Shown: positions 8,349-17,935, counted from the first letter of the stretch. The stretch is DNA of 32,000 bases from Staphylothermus marinus F1 (GCF_000015945.1 NC_009033.1:390001-422000); one strand, 5' to 3'. The notes: generated by a model from the letters alone, not told the origin. Program-made: numbers and translations.

Positions 8349-9158
8349 TTGAGTCAACAAGTAGAGTTTAAGCCTCCTAATGGATACGAATACGTGTTAT
8401 TTCTAAGCTTCGACCTAGATGTTGACTCAGCGGAACAATATAGAGGAAGCGACCCAGTTGCTTTGAGTAGGGGGAGATTTAGTGTTAGGAGAGGAGTAGG
8501 TAAGGTCTTAAATGTTTTATACAAGTATGGTTTGAAAACAACGTTTTTCGTTCCTGGATGGGTTGCTTCAACATATCCTCAAATAGTAAAGGTTCTAGCT
8601 GATGATGGCCATGAAATAGCGGCTCATGGATATATTCATGAAAGATTCGATGAATTCAAAGATATTTACTATGAGGATCAATTGTTTAGGAGAATGATTG
8701 AATCAATAGAGACGTTTACAAACCATAAACCAATCGGGTTCAGAGCTCCATACTGGAGGTTCAGCAAGAACACATTATCTCTATTATTCAAGCATGGGTT
8801 TAAATATGATAGTAGCTTAATGGATGATGAGTATCCATATATTATTGAGAAAAACAACTACTTCCTCGTAGAGTTGCCGGTGGATTGGAGACTAGATGAT
8901 TGGCCATATTTAGAATACTATAGAACCCTCACACCCAGAGAACTACTGGATATGTGGATCGATGAAATAGAGTATGCTCGCCAAAACCATGGATATGTAT
9001 CAATAACTATGCATCCACAATGCATTGGTAGAGGAGCTAGAATAAATGTATTAGATAAAATATTAAGATATGCTGTTGAGACAAAAGCATGGATACCGCA
9101 AGGAAGAGTTTTAGCAGATTATGTATTAGAGAACCTATTGGGAAAACAATGTTGTTAA
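8349..9158 (+). CDS. polysaccharide deacetylase (NodB homology domain) family protein
   Basis: 269 aa with NodB motifs FDLDVDS, TFFVPGW, GHEIAAHGYIHE and RAPYW. TTG start. Confidence 0.8.
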   Translation: MSQQVEFKPPNGYEYVLFLSFDLDVDSAEQYRGSDPVALSRGRFSVRRGVGKVLNVLYKYGLKTTFFVPGWVASTYPQIVKVLADDGHEIAAHGYIHERFDEFKDIYYEDQLFRRMIESIETFTNHKPIGFRAPYWRFSKNTLSLLFKHGFKYDSSLMDDEYPYIIEKNNYFLVELPVDWRLDDWPYLEYYRTLTPRELLDMWIDEIEYARQNHGYVSITMHPQCIGRGARINVLDKILRYAVETKAWIPQGRVLADYVLENLLGKQCC

Positions 9159-9165
9159 TATAGGA

Positions 9166-9642
9166 TTAAAAACTTAGTTCCCCAATAGTTCTCCATAACC
9201 AAAGATTTTCACTCACATGTTCTCGGACTAGTTTTTTATCGCCTTCAAACTCTAAGATAAATACTTCAGCTACAAATACAGTTGCTTTTACTAAATGACC
9301 TGCATACGCGTTATAGTTACGATCACCTATAACTACATGAATGTGAGACAATGGTTTACCTTCTTTCAAACTAATATTACCATTTCCTGACACTAGCTCA
9401 TATGTTCCTGGAAAAGTCTTTGTTACATATTTGTTTAAGCCACGATCATAATATGCTAGCTCAATATTCTCAAGCGAACCAATAATACTCACTAATCCAG
9501 CTTCAATCCCATGTTTCTCAGCGTATTTATTAATATATGAAACTATTTCCTCTCCTTGAGGTATCCTGAAAATATGTGTATTTTTCAGTTTAAACATTAA
9601 ATTATCACCAATATTCATAGTAGTGTTGCTATAAATATACAT
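9166..9642 (-). CDS. PPC/DUF296 domain protein
   Basis: The segment IFRIPQGEEIVSYINKYAEKHGIEAGLVSIIGSLENIELAYYD ... SGNGNISLKEGKPLSHIHVVIGD matches the DUF296 (PPC) pattern. The internal ATG at 9597, preceded by GGTGAT, may be the real start. Confidence 0.7.
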   Translation of the reverse strand: MYIYSNTTMNIGDNLMFKLKNTHIFRIPQGEEIVSYINKYAEKHGIEAGLVSIIGSLENIELAYYDRGLNKYVTKTFPGTYELVSGNGNISLKEGKPLSHIHVVIGDRNYNAYAGHLVKATVFVAEVFILEFEGDKKLVREHVSENLWLWRTIGELSF

Positions 9643-9704
9643 GTTTCCCTAATAAATTCGTATTTTTAAACCATAAACTCGTATTATTTATTTACGGGCA
9701 CTTA

Positions 9705-10985
9705 TTGGTGTCAGCCTTGATCGATGTAGAGAAGATTAGGAAGGATTTTCCAATACTAAATAGAACTATAAGGGGGAGGAGGATAGTATACTTTGATAAT
9801 GCAGCGACTACTCAGAAGCCTATGCAGGTTATAAATGCTATAGTAGAATTTTATACGAAATATAATGCTAATATTCATCGTGGACTACACACGTTAAGCC
9901 AGGAAGCTAGTGAATTATATGAGAAAGCACATGAAGTCATTGCTAAGTTTATTAATGCTTATTCATGGGATGAAGTAGTATTCTGCTATAATACAACAGA
10001 TGCTATGAATATGGTGGCTTATGCTTGGGGATTAAAGAATCTCCGTGAAGGAGACGAAATATTATTGACCATTATGGATCACCACAGCACTATGCTTCCG
10101 TGGAGAAACGTTGCAAAAATGAAGAATGCCAGGATCAAATATGTAGATATAACAAATGATGGATACCTAGATTATAGTGATTTAGAAAACAAGATCTCTA
10201 ATAAAACACGTGTAATAGTTTTCCCGGTTATGAGCAATGTTCTCGGAACAATAAATGATGTGAGAAAGATCGTGAAACTAGCACACGAAGTAGACGCAAT
10301 AGTTGTTGCAGATGGAGCACAAAGTGTCCCGCATACACCAACAAATGTTAGAGAGATGGGTATAGATTTCCTAGGATTCAGCGGTCACAAAATGCTTGGA
10401 CCAACAGGTATTGGTGTATTATGGGGTAGAAGAGATCGTTTAGAAGAGATGATGCCGTTCAAAGTCGGCGGAGATACGATCAAAGATGTTACACTAGATA
10501 ATGTTGTATGGCATGATCTACCGTGGAGATTTGAAGCTGGAACACCAAATATCGCTGGCGGAATAGGTTTAGCTGAAGCAGCAAAATACTTAATGAAAAT
10601 AGGAATGGAGAATGTTAGGCAACATGAAAAAGAACTAGTTGAATACACTCTTAAACGCTTTGAGGAATTAGGTGAGGAAATCTTAGTGTATGGTCCCAGA
10701 AACCCCCTTGATCGCGGTGGAGTTATAGCATTCAATATAAGAAACCTGCACCACCACACAGTTGGGAAAGCACTAGATCTGTTCGGCATAGCTGTTAGAA
10801 CAGGCATGCACTGTGCTCATCCTCTCCATTATAGACTAGGTCTTAAAGGAACAGTTAGAGCAAGTTACTACATATATAATACAAAGGAGGAAATAGACTA
10901 TTTCATAGATTCTCTAAGCAAGATTATACAGTTGAAAGAAGCATTAAAGAATCAACCAGTAGAGGAAGTATGTACTGGAACATAG
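9705..10985 (+). CDS. sufS: cysteine desulfurase, SufS/class-V aminotransferase family
   Basis: 426 aa. Motifs FDNAATTQKP, NANIHRG, the PLP-lysine motif SGHKMLGPTGIGVLWG and the active-site loop RTGMHCAHP. Confidence 0.88.
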   Translation: MVSALIDVEKIRKDFPILNRTIRGRRIVYFDNAATTQKPMQVINAIVEFYTKYNANIHRGLHTLSQEASELYEKAHEVIAKFINAYSWDEVVFCYNTTDAMNMVAYAWGLKNLREGDEILLTIMDHHSTMLPWRNVAKMKNARIKYVDITNDGYLDYSDLENKISNKTRVIVFPVMSNVLGTINDVRKIVKLAHEVDAIVVADGAQSVPHTPTNVREMGIDFLGFSGHKMLGPTGIGVLWGRRDRLEEMMPFKVGGDTIKDVTLDNVVWHDLPWRFEAGTPNIAGGIGLAEAAKYLMKIGMENVRQHEKELVEYTLKRFEELGEEILVYGPRNPLDRGGVIAFNIRNLHHHTVGKALDLFGIAVRTGMHCAHPLHYRLGLKGTVRASYYIYNTKEEIDYFIDSLSKIIQLKEALKNQPVEEVCTGT

Positions 10986-11046
10986 AAGAGATTTTAGTGA
11001 TGTAAAAATCAAAAAATAAATTTATTCTTTAATATTTAATTCCTCT

Positions 11047-11217
11047 TTACTCCTTAACTGGTCCTAGTATTCTAGCGAATTTCTTGCCAGTGTAGGGGCT
11101 GACTGCGAATGCGATTTTTATTTTGCCTCTCTTTGTCTCCTTGATTACTACTTCATATTTGTCTGTTTCGAAGTACTTCTTTGCCTTTAGGTCGAAGAAC
11201 TTTAATTTCTCAGCCAT
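11047..11217 (-). CDS. small lysine-rich protein (56 aa), candidate SH3-like chromatin/nucleic-acid-binding protein (Cren7/CC1-like)
   Basis: Not in the ORF track because it is below the size cutoff. ATG (11215-11217) to TAA (11047-11049) reads MAEKLKFFDLKAKKYFETDKYEVVIKETKRGKIKIAFAVSPYTGKKFARILGPVKE. GGTGAG lies just upstream of the ATG, and a 337-bp AT-rich upstream region precedes it. The C-terminal IKIAFAVSPYTGKKFARIL resembles the Cren7 motif VKIGLFKDPETGKYFRHKL, recalled from memory. Confidence 0.55.
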   Translation of the reverse strand: MAEKLKFFDLKAKKYFETDKYEVVIKETKRGKIKIAFAVSPYTGKKFARILGPVKE

Positions 11218-11554
11218 TTCATCTCACCCATTCATTCCTATTACATTTTCTTCTATTATATAGTTAAATAGTTTCCCAAATTAAAATTTATTGGTGTGGT
11301 GTTAATCAGTTATTTATACTCAATAAGCTTTTCAAAAATCTGAAAAATATATTTTATACACTAAATATGGTATTATATCAAAAAGGATTATATAATCATA
11401 GAAAAATCCTCTAATTGATCTATATTTATTTTAAAATTTTCGAAAAAATCAAATATCTTGTTCAGAGTCTAAAATTATTTAAAAACTTATGAGACCTTAT
11501 GAAGAGTATAAATAAAAGTGAAAAATTAAAGTAAGAACAGAAAAAGTTACTTAT

Positions 11555-12955
11555 TTATTCTATAGGCCATATTGTATCTGGCTCTACACATATACCCGCT
11601 CTCTCGTATAGGTTATGTGCTGCTTTATCTGCTTTTTCTAGAACCTCTTCAACATTGAATGTAAGTATTTTCCGGTCAAACATTACTAGTTTTCCATCGA
11701 TAATACTGTGTTTTACATCGCTACCCATAGCACTATATACTAGATGAGATATTGGGTTATTTAATGGTTTAAGGTGTGGCTGCCAATAATCAACTATAAT
11801 AATATCTGCTTTTTTACCTACTTCAATGCTTCCAACCATTTTATCGATCATCAATGCTTTTGCTCCATTAATTGTTGCAGCTTCTAATATTTGCTCAGCT
11901 CTCACTGCTTTAGCATCAAGTGTTCTGAGAGGCTGTAGTAGTGCTGCATGTTTCATTTCCCTTAATAGGTCATAATCATTATTGCTTGGACCACCATCTG
12001 TTCCTAACGCAACATTTACTCCCTCCCTTAACATATCGCTTATTCTAGCAGCACCGCTTGCAAGCTTCATGTTACTGCATGGGTTATGGCTTACAGATGT
12101 TTTTGTTTTTGCAAGAAGTTTTATTTCTTCATCATTAACCCAGACAACATGGACTAAAACAACATTGGGGCCTGTTAAGCCAACCCAGTGAGCAAACTCT
12201 ACTGGTCTCTTCCCAAACTTTGTCATTGTGTATTCAACATCTGCTTTAACCTCTGCTAAATGCATTGTTATCCCTGTATTTAGTTCCCTGGCTTTCTCAG
12301 ACATTTTCCTGTAAAGCTCAACGCTTACAGCGCCAGGTGTTCTTGGCCCAAACCATATCCATATACGATCATCCCATCCATGATATTTATGATATAGTCT
12401 TATAGTATCGTTGAAACTTATATCACCCAGCTCCACCAGCCCCTCATGAAGAATGTTTTCTTCCAAAGCATAACCAGTCATATCCATTACGTGGCGAGCT
12501 ACAGCTGCTCTAATACCACTTTTATGTAGGAACTCGATAATATTGTCCGGACCATATCTTCCAACAAGCCCTGTTTCTAGAAATGCTGTTGTCCCTGTTC
12601 TCAGCATTTCAGCAACGACTAACTGTGCTGATACAAGAGCTTCTTCCGGCTTATAGTTTCCCTGAAGAGGCCATACACGATCCTTTAGCCAAGGAATTAG
12701 GGGGAGATAATCCGCACAGCCTCTCAGCAGTCCTTGAGCTAAGTGTACATGTGTATTTATTAGTCCAGGCAACACTATGTCTCTTTGAACATCAATAACT
12801 ATGTCGCTATGGTATCGATAATCTTTATCGAGCAATTCACGTTTACCAACTGCTTTTATAAAGCCGTCTTCAACAGCAACTGCTCCATCACGTATTATTC
12901 TACGCTTAGAATCCATTGTTATAATCCAGCCGCCTCGAATATAGATGTCTGCCAT
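11555..12955 (-). CDS. amidohydrolase, MTA/SAH (MtaD/DadD)-like nucleoside deaminase family
   Basis: 466 aa. Metal-binding GLINTHVHLAQGLLRGCADYLPLIPWL, plus HLAE, VHVVW and GTDG motifs typical of the TRZ/ATZ-MtaD branch. Confidence 0.8.
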   Translation of the reverse strand: MADIYIRGGWIITMDSKRRIIRDGAVAVEDGFIKAVGKRELLDKDYRYHSDIVIDVQRDIVLPGLINTHVHLAQGLLRGCADYLPLIPWLKDRVWPLQGNYKPEEALVSAQLVVAEMLRTGTTAFLETGLVGRYGPDNIIEFLHKSGIRAAVARHVMDMTGYALEENILHEGLVELGDISFNDTIRLYHKYHGWDDRIWIWFGPRTPGAVSVELYRKMSEKARELNTGITMHLAEVKADVEYTMTKFGKRPVEFAHWVGLTGPNVVLVHVVWVNDEEIKLLAKTKTSVSHNPCSNMKLASGAARISDMLREGVNVALGTDGGPSNNDYDLLREMKHAALLQPLRTLDAKAVRAEQILEAATINGAKALMIDKMVGSIEVGKKADIIIVDYWQPHLKPLNNPISHLVYSAMGSDVKHSIIDGKLVMFDRKILTFNVEEVLEKADKAAHNLYERAGICVEPDTIWPIE

Positions 12956-13102
12956 ATACTTCGCCTCAGAATAAGACCTTGTATATATTGGTATATATTA
13001 TATCTACATATAAAATAGATGTTGTTTAACTAGTGTTTAATAGTATAGTTTATAAGATTCTATGCTTTAAGAATAATAAAAAGGAAATGGTGGATTAAAG
13101 AA

Positions 13103-14920
13103 TTGGTTCTTCCAAAAATCTTCTCCTACGACATAGATGAGAGAATAAACCTTATACAAACAATTACTGGTAAAAAACCAGCAGACATAGTTATTAGCAA
13201 TGTAAACCTAGTATTAACTCCTACAGGAGAAATACTAGATAATGCATCAATAATTATAAGCGGTAAAAGAATAGCTGGTGCAGGAAAATATAGTGAACTA
13301 CACCGATTCATAGGCAAAAATACTCTCGTAATAGATGGTGAAAACAATTATGCAATGCCGGGATTCATAGATCCACATATACATATAGAGTCAAGCCTCC
13401 TAACACCCCATGGATTCGCTAAACTAGCACTAAGACATGGAACAACAACAGTTGTCGCGGATCCACATGAAATAGGAAATGTTCTTGGGAGTAGAGGCGT
13501 AGAAATATTTATGGATGCAGCGAGAAATCTACCATTGAAAATACTCATAGACATACCAAGCTGTGTACCAGCAACAGATCCAAAGTTTGGTCTTGAAACA
13601 ACTGCTAATATCATAGGTGCTGACGAGGTAGAGAAGCTAGCAGCACTAGAAGGAACAATTGGTTTAGGAGAAGTTATGGATTTTGTCAGTGTACTAAATT
13701 CTAATAAGTCTGTTCTAGAAAAAATAAGGGTTGCACATAGATACAGGTTAATAGTGAATGGACACGCACCATTACTTAGGGGAGCCGAGCTAGATGCCTA
13801 CATAGATGCTGGTATATGGAGTGATCATGAATCCACAATATATGAAGAAGCACTCGAGAAAGCTCGTAAAGGCATGTATGTATTTATCAGAGAGGGCAGT
13901 GCATGGAAGGACTTAAAAGCACTTCTACCACTAATAAAGAACCACACTATTGATCATAGGTTTCTCAGCTTTGCATCAGACGATATAAACGTTGTTGATT
14001 TAATGGAGAAAGGTCATATGGATAGAATAATTAATATAGCGATCGAGTACGGCGTAGACCCTGTTAAAGCGATCCAGCTAGCAACAATTGGTCCGGCAAT
14101 GCGTATACATTTAGAGGATCATGTAGGCGTAGTTGGACCAGCTAGGCTGGCAGATATAGTTTTATCTAAAAACATCGAATACATTAAACCACATACTGTA
14201 ATAGCTAATGGTGAAATAATATATTATAAGGGAGAATTAAAGAAAACATTCAATAACTACAAGTATCCAGAAGAAACTCTAAACACTGTTAAACTAGCAA
14301 AAATACCTGAACCCCAAGAATTCATTCCAAAAATAAATACTAGAGAAGGAATAGTTGAAGCAAACATTATAGAAGTAACCCCTGGTTCAGCGTTAACAAA
14401 GCATGTTATAGAAGAACTAGCAGTAAAGAATTATAATGTATTAGCTGATCCCAATAGAGACATTATTTATGCAGCAGTAATAGATCGACATAAAGCAACT
14501 GGTAGCATGGGTAAAGGATTTATTAAAGGACTAGGTTTTAGAGCTGGAGCAATAGCTCAGACAATAGCACATGATACGCATAACTTGATCGTTGCAGGAA
14601 ACAATCCTGAAGATATGAGCAGAGCTGTTAAGAGAATAGTAGAGATACAGGGAGGCATAGTAGTTGTTGATGAAGGCAAGATAATAGGTGAGCTACCACT
14701 TAGATTAGCAGGTCTTATGAGCATAGAGGAGCCAGAAACAGTTTATGAAAAATACAAGAAAATAACAAACGAGCTAAACAATGGGTATGGATTAGAATTT
14801 GAATCCTTCTTCATGACCCTAGCACTCGTAGCTCTACCAGTTATACCAGAGATAAGATTAACAGATAAAGGATTAGTAGATGTGAGGAAAGCAAAGTTAA
14901 TACCTTTAATTAATAAGTAA
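13103..14920 (+). CDS. ade: adenine deaminase
   Basis: 605 aa with a TTG start. Motifs MPGFIDPHIHIESSLLTP, VADPHEIGNV, FIREGSAWKDL and AHDTHNLIVAGNNPEDM; the length is also typical of Ade. Confidence 0.85.
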   Translation: MVLPKIFSYDIDERINLIQTITGKKPADIVISNVNLVLTPTGEILDNASIIISGKRIAGAGKYSELHRFIGKNTLVIDGENNYAMPGFIDPHIHIESSLLTPHGFAKLALRHGTTTVVADPHEIGNVLGSRGVEIFMDAARNLPLKILIDIPSCVPATDPKFGLETTANIIGADEVEKLAALEGTIGLGEVMDFVSVLNSNKSVLEKIRVAHRYRLIVNGHAPLLRGAELDAYIDAGIWSDHESTIYEEALEKARKGMYVFIREGSAWKDLKALLPLIKNHTIDHRFLSFASDDINVVDLMEKGHMDRIINIAIEYGVDPVKAIQLATIGPAMRIHLEDHVGVVGPARLADIVLSKNIEYIKPHTVIANGEIIYYKGELKKTFNNYKYPEETLNTVKLAKIPEPQEFIPKINTREGIVEANIIEVTPGSALTKHVIEELAVKNYNVLADPNRDIIYAAVIDRHKATGSMGKGFIKGLGFRAGAIAQTIAHDTHNLIVAGNNPEDMSRAVKRIVEIQGGIVVVDEGKIIGELPLRLAGLMSIEEPETVYEKYKKITNELNNGYGLEFESFFMTLALVALPVIPEIRLTDKGLVDVRKAKLIPLINK

Positions 14921-14979
14921 ACAAGAACATCTTTTATTATCTTCTCTTCTTCCATTTTCTATTTCTTATAATTTAATTA

Positions 14980-15564
14980 TTATTTTTGAGAATCCATCCC
15001 CAGAAGCTCCTTCTCTAAAGCATTAATTTCTTCCTCACTCAATGGTTCCTCACGTGTTTTATCACTAACAATTGTCGAAACCCCTTCAGGATCAATTATT
15101 ATGATTGTGTACTTGATTAATCCATCTCGTGCTTTTCTCAGCTGTTCAAGTTTTTTCTTACATTCATCTAGCGGAGCATCTGGCTCACTACATATAAATT
15201 CTGTTTTCTCAATAATGTCCATGATTAATCCCTCAATTGTTGTTATATAACCTAAAGCAGCTGGTCCAGGCTTGATCTCCACTCCTAGCTCAGGGATAAT
15301 TATGGAGGCTGTAGAAGCTCTAATAACCAATGCATTTTCATCGCCTGGCTTCTCGACTCTATAAATTATTTTCCTGGCTCCTCTACTCTCAGCTAATCTA
15401 GCATCACTCCACTTGTATCCACAGCGTGGACACCTACCACTACTAATAATAACTTTTCCTACAAGAGGCATATCATATAAATGATCCTCAATTTTCATCT
15501 CTGATCCGCAAACAGGGCATTTAATAGTATATTCGAGAATTTTCTTAACAACATCCATAAACAT
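14980..15564 (-). CDS. ZPR1-type C4 zinc-finger protein (COG1779-like)
   Basis: 194 aa. CPVCGS...(27 aa)...CPRCGY is followed by a beta-rich domain, as in archaeal ZPR1-related proteins. Confidence 0.6.
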   Translation of the reverse strand: MFMDVVKKILEYTIKCPVCGSEMKIEDHLYDMPLVGKVIISSGRCPRCGYKWSDARLAESRGARKIIYRVEKPGDENALVIRASTASIIIPELGVEIKPGPAALGYITTIEGLIMDIIEKTEFICSEPDAPLDECKKKLEQLRKARDGLIKYTIIIIDPEGVSTIVSDKTREEPLSEEEINALEKELLGMDSQK

Positions 15565-15662
15565 CGACCCATAAGTGATGAAATAGACTATTCTTATTTT
15601 TGAACATTGATATATTAAATAGTTTTTCGAACAATCATTACTGTTAATGGTGATGTTTTAGC

Positions 15663-16562
15663 ATGGTTTATTTGAAAGTTATCAGATTATTTGATCCATG
15701 GAGGAGCCCATTATGTACTTGTCCTCGTAAATATAGTTTGCATCCATATACTGGATGTAGCCATTTCTGCTTATACTGCTATGCTACATCATATATTGGT
15801 AGAAAACCTAGTATGCCTAAAACGAATTTTTTGAGAAACCTAAAACATGACTTGCCAAGAATAAATAAGAACCTAGTTGTTGAGATGAGTACAAGTAGTG
15901 ATCCTTATCCTCCCATAGAGTCTTGGATGATGCTTACACGTAAAACACTGGAGTTACTTGTTCAGAGTAGAGTAAAGATATTGATTACTACTAAATCAGA
16001 TATTGTACTGAGAGACTCTGATCTATTATTGAAAACTCCTTCAGCAGTAATGTTAACTATTACAACAATAAACGATAATATAGCTAAGAAACTAGAGCCA
16101 GGAGCTCCTCCGCCTAGTAAGAGGATAAGAACTGTAAAATTGTTGTCCGAGAAAAACCTACCTGTAGGTGTAAGAATTGATCCCATTATTCCAGGCATAA
16201 ACGATGATCCTTTGGAGATAAAGGAGTTAGTGGAGGAAATAGCCGATGCTGGTGCAAGACACATTGTAACCTCTACATATAAGGCTAGATGGGATAATTT
16301 TAAGAGAATGATCAATGCTTTCCCAGAGCTTGAGAAATATTGGAGAAAACTATATATTAAAGAAGGAGAGAGAATACATGGATACATATACCTACCTAGA
16401 AATATACGTGCAAAAATCCTCAAACCAGTCATAGATTATGGATTAAGAAAAGGTTTAACAGTAGCAACTTGTAGAGAAGGATTAGGGCCTGAATACTTTA
16501 AGGCTCCAAGTTGTGATGGAACACATCTTATACATAGCCATCCATTATTGGTAAGAAAATAA
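15663..16562 (+). CDS. radical SAM protein (SplB/COG1533-like)
   Basis: 299 aa. The CxxxCxxC cluster motif is GCSHFCLYCYA, and the downstream pattern (SSDPYPP, RIDPIIPGINDD) resembles the DNA-repair-photolyase-like radical SAM family. Confidence 0.8.
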   Translation: MVYLKVIRLFDPWRSPLCTCPRKYSLHPYTGCSHFCLYCYATSYIGRKPSMPKTNFLRNLKHDLPRINKNLVVEMSTSSDPYPPIESWMMLTRKTLELLVQSRVKILITTKSDIVLRDSDLLLKTPSAVMLTITTINDNIAKKLEPGAPPPSKRIRTVKLLSEKNLPVGVRIDPIIPGINDDPLEIKELVEEIADAGARHIVTSTYKARWDNFKRMINAFPELEKYWRKLYIKEGERIHGYIYLPRNIRAKILKPVIDYGLRKGLTVATCREGLGPEYFKAPSCDGTHLIHSHPLLVRK

Positions 16563-16563
16563 T

Positions 16564-16644
16564 TGTCCCCCGCCCGACCGACCCCCTTCATATCCATACC
16601 CCTAATATTCCGGGGTCTCCAGGGGTGTGAGGAAGCGGGGGCAC
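16564..16644 (-). ncRNA. candidate structured small RNA with H/ACA-guide-like hairpin geometry
   Basis: An 81-nt GC-rich island in an AT-rich intergenic region. The minus-strand transcript is GUG-CCCCCGC-UUCCUCAC-ACCCCU-GGAG-ACCCC-GGAAUAUUA-GGGGU-AUGGAUAUGAA-GGGGGU-CGGUCGG-GCGGGGG-ACA. This gives a 7-bp lower stem, an 8/7-nt internal pocket, a 5-6-bp upper stem, a GA-rich asymmetric loop, an apical hairpin, and ACA directly after the lower stem, 14 nt from the upper stem. The strand and class assignments are inference. Confidence 0.35.
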
Positions 16645-16722
16645 ATATAATTATTGATTTAAGATACTTATTTAACTACTTATCAACGTATATCCTTTAG
16701 GGAAACATAGCCTTGCTTAATA

Positions 16723-17343
16723 ATGGTGTTAGCATTGGTTGAAGGATATGCTAGGGAGGCGATGGCTGAAATAGCTAGTTTTATTTTTAAAGCAATAGAT
16801 GTTATCAGCGAAGATGAAAAGAATAAAATGGTTGAAGAACTAGTTGATGCTTATCGTAGAGGAGCCCGTATATTAGTGATGGGTGCTGGTAGAAGCGGAT
16901 TAGTTGGTAAAGCCTTTGCTATGAGGCTCCTACACATGGGTTTCCAAGTATATGTGTTGGGAGAAACAATTGTTCCAAGAATTAGAGAAGGAGACCTCGT
17001 AGTAGCAATATCTGGTTCCGGCCGTACAAGACTAATAGTAACAGCAGCCGAAGCAGCTAAAACGGTTGGTGCAAAAGTCATAGCTATAACAACCTATCCA
17101 GACAGCCCCTTAGGTAAAATCGCAGACATAATAGTCCGTATACCGGGTAGAACAAAGATTGCTAAGGAAGAAGACTATTTCACCAGGCAGATCCTAGGAA
17201 TACATGAACCATTAGCCCCGCTAGGAACATTATTCGAAGACACAACAATGGTTTTCTTAGATGGAATAGTTGTTGAATTAATGAAGAAACTAGGAAAAAC
17301 AGAAGAAGACCTTAAAAACGAACATGCAAACATAGAACTATAA
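16723..17343 (+). CDS. hxlB: 6-phospho-3-hexuloisomerase (SIS domain)
   Basis: 206 aa. The segment [54 protein letters not shown] is the PHI/SIS signature. Confidence 0.8.
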   Translation: MVLALVEGYAREAMAEIASFIFKAIDVISEDEKNKMVEELVDAYRRGARILVMGAGRSGLVGKAFAMRLLHMGFQVYVLGETIVPRIREGDLVVAISGSGRTRLIVTAAEAAKTVGAKVIAITTYPDSPLGKIADIIVRIPGRTKIAKEEDYFTRQILGIHEPLAPLGTLFEDTTMVFLDGIVVELMKKLGKTEEDLKNEHANIEL

Positions 17344-17476
17344 ACAAAACTCCTCTCTCCTTATCACTACTTTTTTCCATACATCTAGTTGTTCATAAAT
17401 AAAGAGATCACTGACCACTTCTCAAAATAAAAAGGTAAATATCTAAACAATACAAACAATAAATCGGTGAAAAATA

Positions 17477-17857
17477 ATGGCTGAAAAAACCCGCGAAGAA
17501 GAAATGATCGAGGTGGAAAAGACTAGGGAAGAACTAGAAGTAGTAGCTGAATTCTTAAACAAGCTAAAGGATACAGTTAAAGAATTACTCACAACACTAA
17601 TAGATAATATAAGTGGTAAGAAACTAGGCGAAGATGTTGCATCCTTCTATGAATCACTGAAAAATAAAGGGTTACCCGAGGAATTAGCAATAAAAATGAC
17701 AGAAGAATACTTCAAGAAAAGACTAAGCACTATACCGGACATAGGATCATTAATGAAGCAATTCGCATCAATGAAACCAGCAAAAATACCCTTCAGCTTC
17801 AAAGGAGCAGACCTTGAGAAACAAAGTGAAGAAGAAAGCAAAAATGAAGAAAAATAA
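17477..17857 (+). CDS. hypothetical acidic coiled-coil protein
   Basis: 126 aa, E/K-rich, with an ATG start. No family was recognised. Confidence 0.45.
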   Translation: MAEKTREEEMIEVEKTREELEVVAEFLNKLKDTVKELLTTLIDNISGKKLGEDVASFYESLKNKGLPEELAIKMTEEYFKKRLSTIPDIGSLMKQFASMKPAKIPFSFKGADLEKQSEEESKNEEK

Positions 17858-17935
17858 CTATTCTTCTCCCTACCAATAACACTAAGTGTTTTAACATTCG
17901 AATAGAAAAGCTAATTCATCTAAGAGGTAGAATCA

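Noticed and set aside
10385-10807. Long antisense ORFs inside well-supported genes. Examples are 10385..10807, 15962..16432, 21195..21587, 25452..25973, 27073..27366, 28217..28546 and 13126..13614.
   Set aside because: Each lies opposite a gene with strong family motifs and has Ser/Leu/Ile-rich low-complexity composition, as expected of antisense frames in AT-rich genomes.
15575-15640. Possible C/D box sRNA: the C-box-like GTGATGA at 15575-15581 in the divergent intergenic region. All other RUGAUGA matches in the window were also checked.
   Set aside because: No D' box, C' box or terminal CUGA D box occurs at appropriate spacing. Every other RUGAUGA hit lies inside a coding sequence in the sense frame.
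16564-16644. The idea that the GC-rich islands here and at 31545-31701 are split or permuted tRNA halves, SRP RNA or RNase P RNA.
   Set aside because: Neither strand shows a T-loop (GTTCRAAT), D-arm or acceptor pattern. No SRP helix-8 or RNase P conserved motifs were seen, and both islands are too short for SRP or RNase P RNA.
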